Assembly: GCA_023484305.1 (NCBI GenBank)
Contig: JAMDAL010000012.1
Location: 1 to 34,597, forward strand
Length of the DNA: 34,597 nucleotides
Direction of reading: 5' to 3'
Origin: Patescibacteria group bacterium
GTDB lineage: Bacteria > Patescibacteriota > Microgenomatia > JACPZF01
Every line of letters begins with the position of its first letter. Positions within the stretch are counted from its first letter, which is position 1. Below, in pieces: positions 8,896 through 17,650 of the stretch. The position numbers and the translations under genes were made by a program. Under the pieces are notes generated by a model. That model had not been told where the DNA came from. It did no database searches and worked only from the letters and a program-made list of their open reading frames with translations.

Positions 8896-8901
8896 GGATT
8901 T

Positions 8902-10053
8902 ATGGTTAAAAAATTTCTCGGTCTTTGGGACGGCAAAAAATACTATTTTATCGCAGGATTCGTTTTGGTTTTATTCGGGCTTTTGATGTTTTTTTTGTTG
9001 CGCCCGCCCCCGGCGCAAGAAGCCTACACGGTTAAAAGAGAAAATTTTAGCAACACGGTTTTGGCGGATGCAACCTATACGACTGCTTCCCAAACTTCAG
9101 TTTGGTCGCCAACCAACGGCACCTTGACAAAACTTTTTGTAGCAAACGGCCGGCAGGTTAAAAAAGGTGATCCTCTTTTTCATGTTGAAAGCAGCGCCAC
9201 TGACGAAGAAAAAAGAACTGCCTACGCTAACTATATGGCGGATAAGTCAACTTTAGATGCGGCTACGGCAGAACTTTACACCTTGCAATCAGATATGTAT
9301 GCGGCCTGGAAAACCTATACGGATCTGGCAAAAAATTCCACCTATCAAAATTCAGACGGGACGCCCAGAAACGATAACCGCGTTTTGACGGAGTTTACGA
9401 CAGCCCAGGATGACTGGCTGGCGGCAGAGGCTAATTTTAAAAATCAGCAGACTGTCATTGCCAAAGACCAAGCTGCAGTTGCCAAAACCTGGTTGCAAAA
9501 TGAGCAAACCCAAAGCGTTACAGTTAACAGTCCGGCTGCCGGAACCGTGACCAACCTTCTGTCTCAAGTTAATGACGAAGTGGCGGTTAAACCGGCTGAC
9601 CCGGTACTCTTAGTAGCCAATTTTCACGACCCATATCTTTTAGTATCTCTTAACGAAGTTAATATTCCCAAGGTTAAGGTTGGTCAAAAAGCGACAGTAG
9701 TGTTTGATGCTTTGCCTGACAAAACTTATCATGGAGAGGTGGAAACTCTGGATAATGTAGGAACCAAAGTTTTAGGGACAGTCACTTTTGACGCCAGAAT
9801 TAAGATTGTAGACGGTGATAACGAAATTAAGCCCAATATGACAGCTTCAATAACAATTACCACTTCCAACCGTCAAAATGTTTTAACCGTTCCCAACAGC
9901 GCTTTAACAGAGAAAAACGGACAGTATTATGTGCAAAAAGCTGGTTCTTCAGGCAATAACCTTACTCCGGTTAAAGTTGGTCTAAAAGGCTTGGTAAAAA
10001 GCGAAATAAGTTCTGGCTTAACAGAAGGCGAACAGATTCTGGTTCCCCGATAG
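8902..10053 (+). CDS. HlyD/MacA-family periplasmic adaptor (membrane fusion protein)
   Basis: 383 aa with an N-terminal TM anchor. It has a lipoyl-like hairpin (VKKGDPLFHVES ... SPAAGTVTNL), a coiled-coil middle and a beta-barrel C-terminus. FtsX permease and ABC ATPase genes follow it. Confidence 0.8.
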   Translation: MVKKFLGLWDGKKYYFIAGFVLVLFGLLMFFLLRPPPAQEAYTVKRENFSNTVLADATYTTASQTSVWSPTNGTLTKLFVANGRQVKKGDPLFHVESSATDEEKRTAYANYMADKSTLDAATAELYTLQSDMYAAWKTYTDLAKNSTYQNSDGTPRNDNRVLTEFTTAQDDWLAAEANFKNQQTVIAKDQAAVAKTWLQNEQTQSVTVNSPAAGTVTNLLSQVNDEVAVKPADPVLLVANFHDPYLLVSLNEVNIPKVKVGQKATVVFDALPDKTYHGEVETLDNVGTKVLGTVTFDARIKIVDGDNEIKPNMTASITITTSNRQNVLTVPNSALTEKNGQYYVQKAGSSGNNLTPVKVGLKGLVKSEISSGLTEGEQILVPR

Positions 10054-10055
10054 CT

Positions 10056-11273
10056 ATGAAGGATATTAAAACCGCCATTTTTATTGCCTACAAATCTCTA
10101 GTTAAAGGCAGCAAGTCAACCCTTTTGCTTTTGGTTTTTATTCTGGCCCTGTCATATTTAAATATGATGTTTATCTCCGGCATTTTAGCAGGACTCCAGA
10201 ACGTTTTTGAAACGACCATGATTAATGTTTTAACTTCCCATATTACCGTTGGCCCGGAGCAGGAACCAGAGCCCAAACAATACATTCTTAACGCCGATCA
10301 GGTGCGCCGGCAAATTGAAAGCATTCCGGGAGTTTTGGCCACAGCCAGGCACTACAGTTTGGCCGGCTCCATATCTTTTGATAAAGATAAAAACGGCATT
10401 ACCAAAAGCGTTTCAGGGACAATTATAGGTATTGATCCCATACAGGAGGAAAAAGTTTTGACTATTTACAGGCTTTTAAAAAACGGCCAATATCTCTCGC
10501 CAACAGACACAGACCAAATTATTATCAGTTCTGCTTTGGCGGGCGGTTATGGCGTTCCTGCACCCAGCGATTTGGGGGGAGTCAGGGCCAAAGACAAAGT
10601 TAAGATAACTTACCCCAACGGAGTTATCAGAACCTATACTGTTAAAGGAATTTATGACGACACCATTGGTATTTTTGAAACTTTTATAACTACCAGGGAA
10701 GCGGAGTCTGTTCTTAACACTTATAACAGCGCTTCTCAGATTTTGGTTAAGACTGATTTATCGCTTAACACTTTAAATGGTTACGAGCATAAAATTAAAC
10801 TTTTGGAGCCAAAACTCAAAGTGCAAAACTTTCTGGATATTTTGGGAACCGTGGCTGCCTTTCTTAACGCCCTTAATTTAATTTCCTTTATTGTGGGATT
10901 TATTAGTGTTTTAGTGGCAGCTATTACTATTTTTGTTTTGGTATATATCAATGCCATAAGCAAAGCCAGGCAAATCGGAATTTTGCGGGCCATTGGGATT
11001 AAACAGCGTATTGTGGTTCTTTCCTATGTTTTACAATCGTTGTTTTATGCTTTTTGCGGAGTTTTGGCAGGTGCATTTCTGGTTTTTGCGGTTTTAACGC
11101 CGCTTCTTAACCGCTATCCTATAAATATAGATTTTGGCTATTTGTCCCTGGTGCATCGGAAAATGGTGGTGGTTTTGGGAACCATAAGTTTGGTGGCAGC
11201 AGGGCTTTTAGCAGGGTTTGTACCGGCCCGAATTGTGGCCAAGAAAGATATTTTAAAAGCCATTTGGGGATAA
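10056..11273 (+). CDS. ABC transporter permease, MacB/FtsX family
   Basis: 405 aa. The layout is TM1, a large extracytoplasmic domain, then three C-terminal TM helices with the FtsX-type QIGILRAIGIK loop. Confidence 0.85.
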   Translation: MKDIKTAIFIAYKSLVKGSKSTLLLLVFILALSYLNMMFISGILAGLQNVFETTMINVLTSHITVGPEQEPEPKQYILNADQVRRQIESIPGVLATARHYSLAGSISFDKDKNGITKSVSGTIIGIDPIQEEKVLTIYRLLKNGQYLSPTDTDQIIISSALAGGYGVPAPSDLGGVRAKDKVKITYPNGVIRTYTVKGIYDDTIGIFETFITTREAESVLNTYNSASQILVKTDLSLNTLNGYEHKIKLLEPKLKVQNFLDILGTVAAFLNALNLISFIVGFISVLVAAITIFVLVYINAISKARQIGILRAIGIKQRIVVLSYVLQSLFYAFCGVLAGAFLVFAVLTPLLNRYPINIDFGYLSLVHRKMVVVLGTISLVAAGLLAGFVPARIVAKKDILKAIWG

Positions 11274-11276
11274 ACG

Positions 11277-11354
11277 AAAGTCAAAACTCAAAACTCAAAA
11301 GTCAAAAGCACAAATAAAAAGTCAAAAATGTCATTCTGAACTTGATTCAGAATC
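11277..11354. repeat. Family D A-rich repeat (aaagtcaaaactcaaaactcaaaagtcaaaagcacaaataaaaagtcaaaaat) fused to a family A hairpin (gtcattctgaacttgattcagaatc, 11330-11354)
   Basis: Related D copies lie at 25511-25560, 32551-32600, inverted at 32691-32735, and inside ychF at 17012-17067. Confidence 0.8.
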
Positions 11355-11369
11355 TTTTGAAAGAACAAT

Positions 11370-12050
11370 ATGATAACTGTTACTGATTTAAAAAAAACCT
11401 ACGAAGGGAAAGTGCCCACGCCTGCTTTAAAAGGAATTTCTTTTGAGATTAAAGACGGAGAATTTGTGGCTGTTATGGGAAGAAGCGGTTCCGGCAAGTC
11501 AACGCTTTTGCACCAGCTTGGACTTTTAGACAGACCCACCAGCGGAAAAATAATACTTAACAACAGCGATGTTTTGGCCCTGTCGGATCAAAAAAGAACC
11601 ATATTCCGTCTTAAGGAATTAGGATACGTTTTTCAGGAATATGCTTTAATTTCAGAATTTGATGCCTGGGAAAATGTTTATCTGCCCTCCTTAGCCCTTA
11701 AAGGAACGCCTGATAAAAAACGGGCCCAGGAACTTTTGGAACTGGTGGGTTTGGCTGATCGGCTTGATCATTATCCCAATGAGCTTTCGGGAGGGGAACA
11801 GCAGAGGGTGGCCATTGCCAGAGCGCTTATTAACAGCCCCAAGGTTCTTTTTGCCGATGAGCCAACTGCCAATTTGGACAGCGCATCTTCCCAAACCGTT
11901 TTAAAATTGTTTTTAAAACTTAATCAGGAATTTAAACAAACCATTGTCATGGTAACTCACGAGCCGGAAGATAAAAAATATGTTCATAGGGTTTTATGGC
12001 TTAGTGATGGTCTTTTGGAAAAAGAAGAGAAGACAGGAAAGAAATATTAA
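11370..12050 (+). CDS. ABC transporter ATP-binding protein (MacB/LolD-type)
   Basis: 226 aa with Walker A GRSGSGKST, signature LSGGEQQRVAIARAL and Walker B LFADEPT. Confidence 0.92.
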   Translation: MITVTDLKKTYEGKVPTPALKGISFEIKDGEFVAVMGRSGSGKSTLLHQLGLLDRPTSGKIILNNSDVLALSDQKRTIFRLKELGYVFQEYALISEFDAWENVYLPSLALKGTPDKKRAQELLELVGLADRLDHYPNELSGGEQQRVAIARALINSPKVLFADEPTANLDSASSQTVLKLFLKLNQEFKQTIVMVTHEPEDKKYVHRVLWLSDGLLEKEEKTGKKY

Positions 12051-12133
12051 AAAGATAGCGGATACAACGAAAAACTTTTAAAGAAAAGATTAGAAAAGAT
12101 TAGAGTTTAAAAATAGATTTAAACGTAAGAAAA

Positions 12134-12637
12134 TTAGCTATTATAATCCCATAGTAATAAATGTATCAAAGATTTAAACGTTCTGACAGCGTTTGCAAGG
12201 CCTCGCCTTGCAAACGTCGGATTTTCTTTTTGATTGCCGGCTTTTATATTTAAACCTTTAAGTTTTTCAACGCAAAACAGAAGACTTAATTGCATACCGT
12301 TTTTCTTCATAAATTCGTTAGTTTTTTTCAACATCAGAAGGGACAAACCTTTTTTCTGATGATTTTCTTTGATTCCCAAGTTACCAATGCCGCCTACTAA
12401 AACGGGAAACGGTTTTGGAAGATGGCGTTTAACAATGCTTAAAGAGCCGACCAATTCTTTGCCATGGTAAAGTAAAAGCTGCCACCTGGGTTTGGAACTG
12501 TAATAAAGTTGTTTGTTTTTATTGTAGCTTTGGGAGAAATGATAACTAAAAGAAAAAAGTGGCACCAATAGTTGTGTTAATAGTTGTTTTTCCTCTTTAG
12601 TTAGCCTGTCTTCTTCTTTAAAAACAAAATCAAACAT
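12134..12637 (-). CDS. GNAT-family N-acetyltransferase-like protein
   Basis: 167 aa. VLVGGIGNLGIKENHQKKGLSLLMLKKTNEFMKKNG fits the acetyl-CoA binding beta4-alpha3 (Q/R-x-x-G-x-G/A-like) region. The last 35 or so codons run through the hairpin at 12190-12216, so the C-terminus may be atypical. Confidence 0.55.
   Translation of the reverse strand: MFDFVFKEEDRLTKEEKQLLTQLLVPLFSFSYHFSQSYNKNKQLYYSSKPRWQLLLYHGKELVGSLSIVKRHLPKPFPVLVGGIGNLGIKENHQKKGLSLLMLKKTNEFMKKNGMQLSLLFCVEKLKGLNIKAGNQKENPTFARRGLANAVRTFKSLIHLLLWDYNS
12190..12232 (+). terminator. Candidate intrinsic terminator of the efflux operon, embedded in the 3' end of the convergent GNAT ORF
   Basis: A perfect 11-bp stem, gtttgcaaggc / gccttgcaaac (12191-12201 / 12205-12215), has a 3-nt loop. 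It is followed by gtcggATTTTCTTTTTg on the plus strand. Confidence 0.5.
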
Positions 12638-12645
12638 TACACTAT

Positions 12646-12651
12646 ATTATA
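12646..12651 (-). promoter_or_regulatory. -10 box TATAAT, 8 nt upstream of the GNAT ATG at 12637
   Basis: The minus-strand sense reads tagtcTATAATatagtgtaATG. Confidence 0.35.
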
Positions 12652-12702
12652 GACTAAAATTGTCGCTTTCTCTTACCAGGTTTAAAGTTGCTTTGGAAAT
12701 TC

Positions 12703-12711
12703 TGATACAAT
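12703..12711 (+). promoter_or_regulatory. Extended -10 promoter TGaTACAAT, 6 nt upstream of the ATG at 12718 (leaderless geometry)
   Basis: The sequence is tcTGaTACAATagctttATG. Confidence 0.5.
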
Positions 12712-12717
12712 AGCTTT

Positions 12718-13572
12718 ATGTTCTGGCAAATTGCACTGGCAATTAGCATTATTTCTGCTTCCTTGGCGACTTTGGCACAAAAAGTTCTACTTCGGGAAAG
12801 AGAAGTTGACCCGGTGGCGTCAGCCATTTTCTTGCAGGTGTTTTTTGCACTTCTTATTGGTTTATTTGGTGTTGTTACAGGACAATTTACCTTTAATGGG
12901 ATATCTCAAATCATTTCCAATCTTATTGTTTTAATGCTTTTAATTGGCGGATTTTATGCTGTGGCCTTTAGAGCCATAAAACTCATTGAGATTTCCAAAT
13001 ACATCGTTATTTTATCATTGCGGCCGGTTTTTACGGTTATTTCGTCAACTTTATTTTTATCCGAAGGGCTAAACAATAAACAATATTTGGGCATGGCGCT
13101 AATTTTAGCGGCCGTAGCCTTGGTGACTTTGGAAAGAAACTGGAAATTTAATTTTGGCAAGGGAGAAATAATGGCCTTAGCGGCGGCAGCTTTGGTGGGT
13201 TTTGCTAATACTAATGACAGAATAGCACTTTTGCACTTTTCCTTTATCACATATCTTTTTCTCTCAGCGCTTTTGCCAGGTACGTTTTTAGTTATAAGCA
13301 GCAGAAACACCCTAAAAAAAATGAAAATATTTTTGGAGAAAAATCTGTTTTTCAAAGTTTCAGTGATGTCTTTTTTTCAATCCTTAGCAGTAATAACTTT
13401 TCTTCTGGCTCTTAAAGCAGGGAATAATTCCTCACAGGTTTCTTCCATAAATGAAGTTAGTATTATTCTCACCGTGATTTTATCAATAATTTTTCTCAAG
13501 GAGCGAGATTTCCTAGACAGAAAACTTAGTGGTGCTTTGTTAGCCTTTTTAGGACTGATATTGATGGGATAA
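12718..13572 (+). CDS. EamA/DMT-family transporter
   Basis: 284 aa with about ten TM helices in two EamA-like halves. Confidence 0.75.
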   Translation: MFWQIALAISIISASLATLAQKVLLREREVDPVASAIFLQVFFALLIGLFGVVTGQFTFNGISQIISNLIVLMLLIGGFYAVAFRAIKLIEISKYIVILSLRPVFTVISSTLFLSEGLNNKQYLGMALILAAVALVTLERNWKFNFGKGEIMALAAAALVGFANTNDRIALLHFSFITYLFLSALLPGTFLVISSRNTLKKMKIFLEKNLFFKVSVMSFFQSLAVITFLLALKAGNNSSQVSSINEVSIILTVILSIIFLKERDFLDRKLSGALLAFLGLILMG

Positions 13573-13601
13573 GTTTTAATCTTTTGAACCCCAAACTGTT
13601 A

Positions 13602-13630
13602 TTGCCAATGTATTAGTTTGAGAATATAAT
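13602..13630 (+). promoter_or_regulatory. Sigma70-type promoter TTGCCA-N17-TATAAT, ending 8 nt before the ATG at 13639
   Basis: -35 TTGCCA at 13602-13607 and -10 TATAAT at 13625-13630. No Shine-Dalgarno. Confidence 0.5.
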
Positions 13631-13638
13631 TTTATTTT

Positions 13639-15225
13639 ATGTCTATTAAGAAGTTTTTACCTAATCTTGACAATGAAAACAACCGCTGGATAGCGTTGTT
13701 TTTTATTGCTTTGGGACTGGCCATTGTTATTATTGATAACACAGTTTTAAACGTCGCCATTCCGTATATAATTGCTGATTTGCACACAAATTTTACAGCC
13801 ATTCAGTGGGTGGTTTCCGGATACACGCTCTTAATGGCCACACTTTTAATCACAGCCGGAAGGCTGGGAGATATGTTTGGAAGAAAGAAAATGTTTCTGA
13901 CAGGAACCGTGCTTTTTGCCATTGGTTCTTTTATTGCCTCTATCTCCACCAGCGCTGCCATGCTATTTTTTGGCGAAGCTTTTATTGAAGCCTTGGGAGC
14001 GGCTTTGATGTTAACTTCAGCATTGGCCACCATGGCGTATGAGTTTAGGGGGAAAGAGCGGGCGATTGCTTTTGGCGTTTGGGGCTCAATTGCCGGAGCT
14101 TCTGCTTCAGTTGGGCCGCTTTTGGGGGGATATCTGACGACCTATTTTTCCTGGCGTTATTCATTCAGAATTAACGTTTTTGTGGCCTTAATCACCATTT
14201 TAGGCTCAGTTTTTATTAAAGAATCAAAAAGCCATGAAGGCAAAAGATTTGACTGGTTGGGAACAATACTTTCAGGAGTTGGCCTTTTTAGTTTAATTTT
14301 TGCTCTTATTGAAGGAAGAGATTTAGGATGGTTTTGGCCCTCACCCATTCCTCTTCTTTTTTTGCTGGCAGCAGTTTGTTTAACGCTGTTTATTTTTTGG
14401 GAAAGGCATTTGGAAAAACAGGAAAGAGCACCGCTTTTAAAATTAAGCCTGTTTGCCAAACCGGGGTTTAGTTTTGGTTTGTTAACCTTAACCATTGTTT
14501 CTTTAGGACAGTTTGGAACATTTTTTATTCTTCCTTTGTTTTTGGAAAACGTTGTGGGTTTAAATGCCTTTCAAACGGGCGTGGCCTTTTTGTCCTCGTC
14601 AGTCAGCGTTTTTATTTTTGGACCGGTTTCCGGATTTATTGCCTCTAAAATTAATCCCAAATATCTGGTTAATGTGGGCATGTTTATTTTGGCCTTGGGA
14701 GTTTTGGTTTTGTCCCGTTCGGTCTCCGTTTCAGCCACAGCCTGGAGTTTGGCACCTTCTTTTATTTTGTTTGGAATGGGAATTGGCATTGCCTCGGCTC
14801 AGCTTAACAACATTATTCTTTCTTCGGTTCCTATTGATGTGGCCGGTGAGGCTTCAGGCTCCAGTGCCACGACCCGTCAAGTTGGCTCCACCATCAGTTC
14901 GGCTCTAATTGGCACCATTTTGGCCAGTTCTTTGCTTTTTAATATAACTACCAACATTAATAAGGACAGTCGTATTCCTGCCATGGTTAAACAGAAGGTT
15001 TTAGTTTCCTTGCAACATGCTTCACCTGAAAGTTTGCAGTTTAGTCCGGTCAAAGGCAATAATCAGACAGAATATGACGCTCTTATTAAAGCCAACGTGG
15101 ATCAGGCTTTGGTTGATGCTTCCAAACGGGCCTTATCAGTGGCTTTTATTTTTGTCTTTTTAGGAGCCTTGGTTTCCCTTCTTATTCCCAAACTTTCGTT
15201 TGATCAAGGAAGAAGACCGGAATAA
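13639..15225 (+). CDS. MFS transporter, DHA2 (EmrB/QacA, 14-TMS) type
   Basis: 528 aa. Motif A-like GRLGDMFGRKKMF and motif C-like GPLLGGYL are present, and the length and TM count are typical of DHA2 drug:H+ antiporters. Confidence 0.85.
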   Translation: MSIKKFLPNLDNENNRWIALFFIALGLAIVIIDNTVLNVAIPYIIADLHTNFTAIQWVVSGYTLLMATLLITAGRLGDMFGRKKMFLTGTVLFAIGSFIASISTSAAMLFFGEAFIEALGAALMLTSALATMAYEFRGKERAIAFGVWGSIAGASASVGPLLGGYLTTYFSWRYSFRINVFVALITILGSVFIKESKSHEGKRFDWLGTILSGVGLFSLIFALIEGRDLGWFWPSPIPLLFLLAAVCLTLFIFWERHLEKQERAPLLKLSLFAKPGFSFGLLTLTIVSLGQFGTFFILPLFLENVVGLNAFQTGVAFLSSSVSVFIFGPVSGFIASKINPKYLVNVGMFILALGVLVLSRSVSVSATAWSLAPSFILFGMGIGIASAQLNNIILSSVPIDVAGEASGSSATTRQVGSTISSALIGTILASSLLFNITTNINKDSRIPAMVKQKVLVSLQHASPESLQFSPVKGNNQTEYDALIKANVDQALVDASKRALSVAFIFVFLGALVSLLIPKLSFDQGRRPE

Positions 15226-15250
15226 TCCACCCAAAATATTGTCCTATAGT

Positions 15251-15279
15251 TTGATATGATGCAGTTAATTTGTTAAAAT
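15251..15279 (+). promoter_or_regulatory. Promoter TTGATA-N17-(TGt)TAAAAT, ending 6 nt before the ATG at 15286 (leaderless geometry)
   Basis: -35 TTGATA at 15251-15256, TGt at 15271-15273 and TAAAAT at 15274-15279. Confidence 0.55.
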
Positions 15280-15285
15280 AATAAC

Positions 15286-16557
15286 ATGACAAACCAAATT
15301 GAATTAGCAATTGGTACTACAGTTAGGTTTCCTGAAGATTCTTCCGTTGGTATGGCAAATAGAATTATTTCGGACAAAGAAACTCACGGGGAAAGAGATA
15401 TTTTACGTCCAATGATTAGTGAATTTGATCTGATTATCACTAGAATTAATTCTTTAGAAGATCAAGAAATAGATGAATGTATAGCTCCGCACTTAAAAAA
15501 AATTGTCGGGTTGTTATCTGCGAATGGGTTACGTTTACCGACTTTGTCACAAATAAGGGAGAACAACGATCCACAAGTTAGAGAAGGAGTGAATAAAGTA
15601 ATGGAGGAAGTAAGGAAAGGGTTGGCTGGTGAAAAAAAGGAATGGGGATGGCTAAATGAACTTAAAACACCTCGTTTAATTGTTGGTTCGTTATTCGTAG
15701 ATTCTTATAAGCATCTGTTAGCAGTTCGTCCCGAATTCCAGGAACACGAAGATATAAACTCGTTGGCTAATAACGCTCTGGAAGAAGCTTCACTTTTATA
15801 TTATCCGGAATTTGGAATAAATAGAGGTGCCTCTAGGTGGTATACCGTTGAAGAGGGATTTACTCAAGATTTTACTGATTTTACCCAGGCAGTTAAACTT
15901 ATCGAAATTTGTAGAACTCTTGAACCGAATATTTTAAGTAGAAAAAATATGGAGAAAGTATGGAAGTTTATAAAAGAACATCCTCGTGATGTTCTAGAAT
16001 TAATCAGAACTCTTAACCAAGCAGTAGGCGACCTAAATCAAATAGTGACGGAACACGATGTTCCCGAAATGTTAAAAAATATAAAAGATTCTCAAGCAGT
16101 TATCAGCGATTATTCATTGCCATTATTTCTAGGTGAAACAGAACCTGGATTTGATATAAGAAATTTACAAAGTTTAAAGAGAGGGCTTAAAAGAACTAAT
16201 TTTCATATGGCTATTGGGGAGAGTGTTAATCAAACATCAGAGTTACCGGAGACGATTCAAAATAATTTAGATTATGCCAGATTTCATGTTGATGTTTCTG
16301 ATCCCAAAGCAATTTTTGCCGGGTTAATAACTCACATGGTGGAATATTGGACTAAATCAAATCCTTCATATAGATTGTTGGGCAGAGATACGATGATAAA
16401 CGCCTTATGTGAAATAATTGGTTATAAGCACTTTGATTCAGAATTATTCAAGCTTTTGTATGATAAGGACGGATTGAATTGGTATTCAGTAGACTGGGGG
16501 TTTAAACAAGAATTTATAGACTATATAGATAAAAAAGTTAAAACAGATCAAAAATAA
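15286..16557 (+). CDS. Hypothetical cytoplasmic protein (423 aa), no family recognised
   Basis: A long uninterrupted ORF with its own promoter-like signal. It has no TM segments and is acidic. I recognise no catalytic or binding motif. It looks AT-richer than its neighbours by eye. Confidence 0.7.
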   Translation: MTNQIELAIGTTVRFPEDSSVGMANRIISDKETHGERDILRPMISEFDLIITRINSLEDQEIDECIAPHLKKIVGLLSANGLRLPTLSQIRENNDPQVREGVNKVMEEVRKGLAGEKKEWGWLNELKTPRLIVGSLFVDSYKHLLAVRPEFQEHEDINSLANNALEEASLLYYPEFGINRGASRWYTVEEGFTQDFTDFTQAVKLIEICRTLEPNILSRKNMEKVWKFIKEHPRDVLELIRTLNQAVGDLNQIVTEHDVPEMLKNIKDSQAVISDYSLPLFLGETEPGFDIRNLQSLKRGLKRTNFHMAIGESVNQTSELPETIQNNLDYARFHVDVSDPKAIFAGLITHMVEYWTKSNPSYRLLGRDTMINALCEIIGYKHFDSELFKLLYDKDGLNWYSVDWGFKQEFIDYIDKKVKTDQK

Positions 16558-16573
16558 CTTCCTCTTTATTTTG

Positions 16574-16582
16574 TGTTAAAAT
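16574..16582 (+). promoter_or_regulatory. Extended -10 promoter TGtTAAAAT, 6 nt upstream of the ychF ATG (leaderless geometry)
   Basis: The sequence is ttttgTGtTAAAATcgtctcATG. The same ttttgtgttaaaat string precedes rpmE. Confidence 0.55.
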
Positions 16583-16588
16583 CGTCTC

Positions 16589-17650
16589 ATGAATCTTTCA
16601 GTAGGCATTGTTGGTCTTCCTAATGTGGGGAAGAGCACGCTTTTTAATGCCATTTTAAAAAGGCAGATTGCGGCTGCTTCCAACTATCCTTTTACCACCA
16701 TTGAACCAAACGTGGGCGTGGTTGAAGTGCCTGATGATAGACTTGCTGTTTTGGCAAAAATTGTAAACACGCAAAAAAATATTCCGGCGGTCGTCCGATT
16801 TGTGGATATTGCCGGTCTGGTAAAAGGTGCAGCCCAAGGACAAGGTCTGGGCAACAAATTTTTGTCGCATATCAGGGAAGTCAATGTCATTTGTCATGTC
16901 GTGCGCTATTTTCAGGACGAAAATGTGGTGCACGTGAACGGGGCGGTTAATCCGCAGTCTGACATAGACACGGTTAACAGTGAACTCATATTGGCTGATC
17001 TTGAAACACTAGAAAAAGTCAAAAGTCAAAAGTCAAAGGTCAAAACCACAAGTGAAAAGTCAAAAATAGACGGCGTAGAAAAATTATACGAAGCATTAAA
17101 TAAGGGGATATTGGCTAAAGACGTGGTATTGACCGATGAAGAAAAAGAGGCCGTTCAGGAACTGCAGCTTATTACAGCCAAGCCGGTTATTTATGTGAAA
17201 AATGTGGACGAAAGCCAGATAACAGACAACAGTAAACAGACAACAGAAAGAAACGAAATCGCCATTTGCGCCAAGATTGAGGCAGAACTTGCAGAATTAT
17301 CAGAAGAAGAGCAAAAAGAATATCTGAAGCAACTGGGTTTGGAAAAGTCCGGACTGGAGAGATTAATACAAGTGGCCTACCAAACCTTAGGATTAGTCTC
17401 ATTTTTAACTGCCGGAGAAAAAGAAGTTCGGGCCTGGACCATTGTTAAGGGTGCAAGGGCGCCGGAGGCAGCCGGAGTTATCCACACTGATTTTATTAAA
17501 GGTTTTATTAAGGCAGAAGTTTGTTCCTATGGCGATTTTGTGAAATTTAACGGCTGGCAGGGGGCAAGAGACAATGGCAAAGTGAGGTTTGAGGGGAAAG
17601 ATTATGTGATGCAGGAAGGAGACGTGACGGAATTTAAGGTCAATGTTTAA
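16589..17650 (+). CDS. ychF: Redox-regulated ribosome-binding ATPase YchF
   Basis: 353 aa with G1 GLPNVGKST, NYPFTTIEPN, DIAGLVKGA, a coiled-coil insert, and the C-terminal TGS-like FFTAG-type block (SFLTAGEKEVRAWT...GVIHTDFIKGFI...KDYVMQEGDV). Confidence 0.95.
   Translation: MNLSVGIVGLPNVGKSTLFNAILKRQIAAASNYPFTTIEPNVGVVEVPDDRLAVLAKIVNTQKNIPAVVRFVDIAGLVKGAAQGQGLGNKFLSHIREVNVICHVVRYFQDENVVHVNGAVNPQSDIDTVNSELILADLETLEKVKSQKSKVKTTSEKSKIDGVEKLYEALNKGILAKDVVLTDEEKEAVQELQLITAKPVIYVKNVDESQITDNSKQTTERNEIAICAKIEAELAELSEEEQKEYLKQLGLEKSGLERLIQVAYQTLGLVSFLTAGEKEVRAWTIVKGARAPEAAGVIHTDFIKGFIKAEVCSYGDFVKFNGWQGARDNGKVRFEGKDYVMQEGDVTEFKVNV

Noticed and set aside
12079-12104. The short tandem direct repeat aaaagattag x2 downstream of the ABC ATPase gene.
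   Set aside because: There are only two short A-rich units in an AT-rich spacer, which is compatible with chance.
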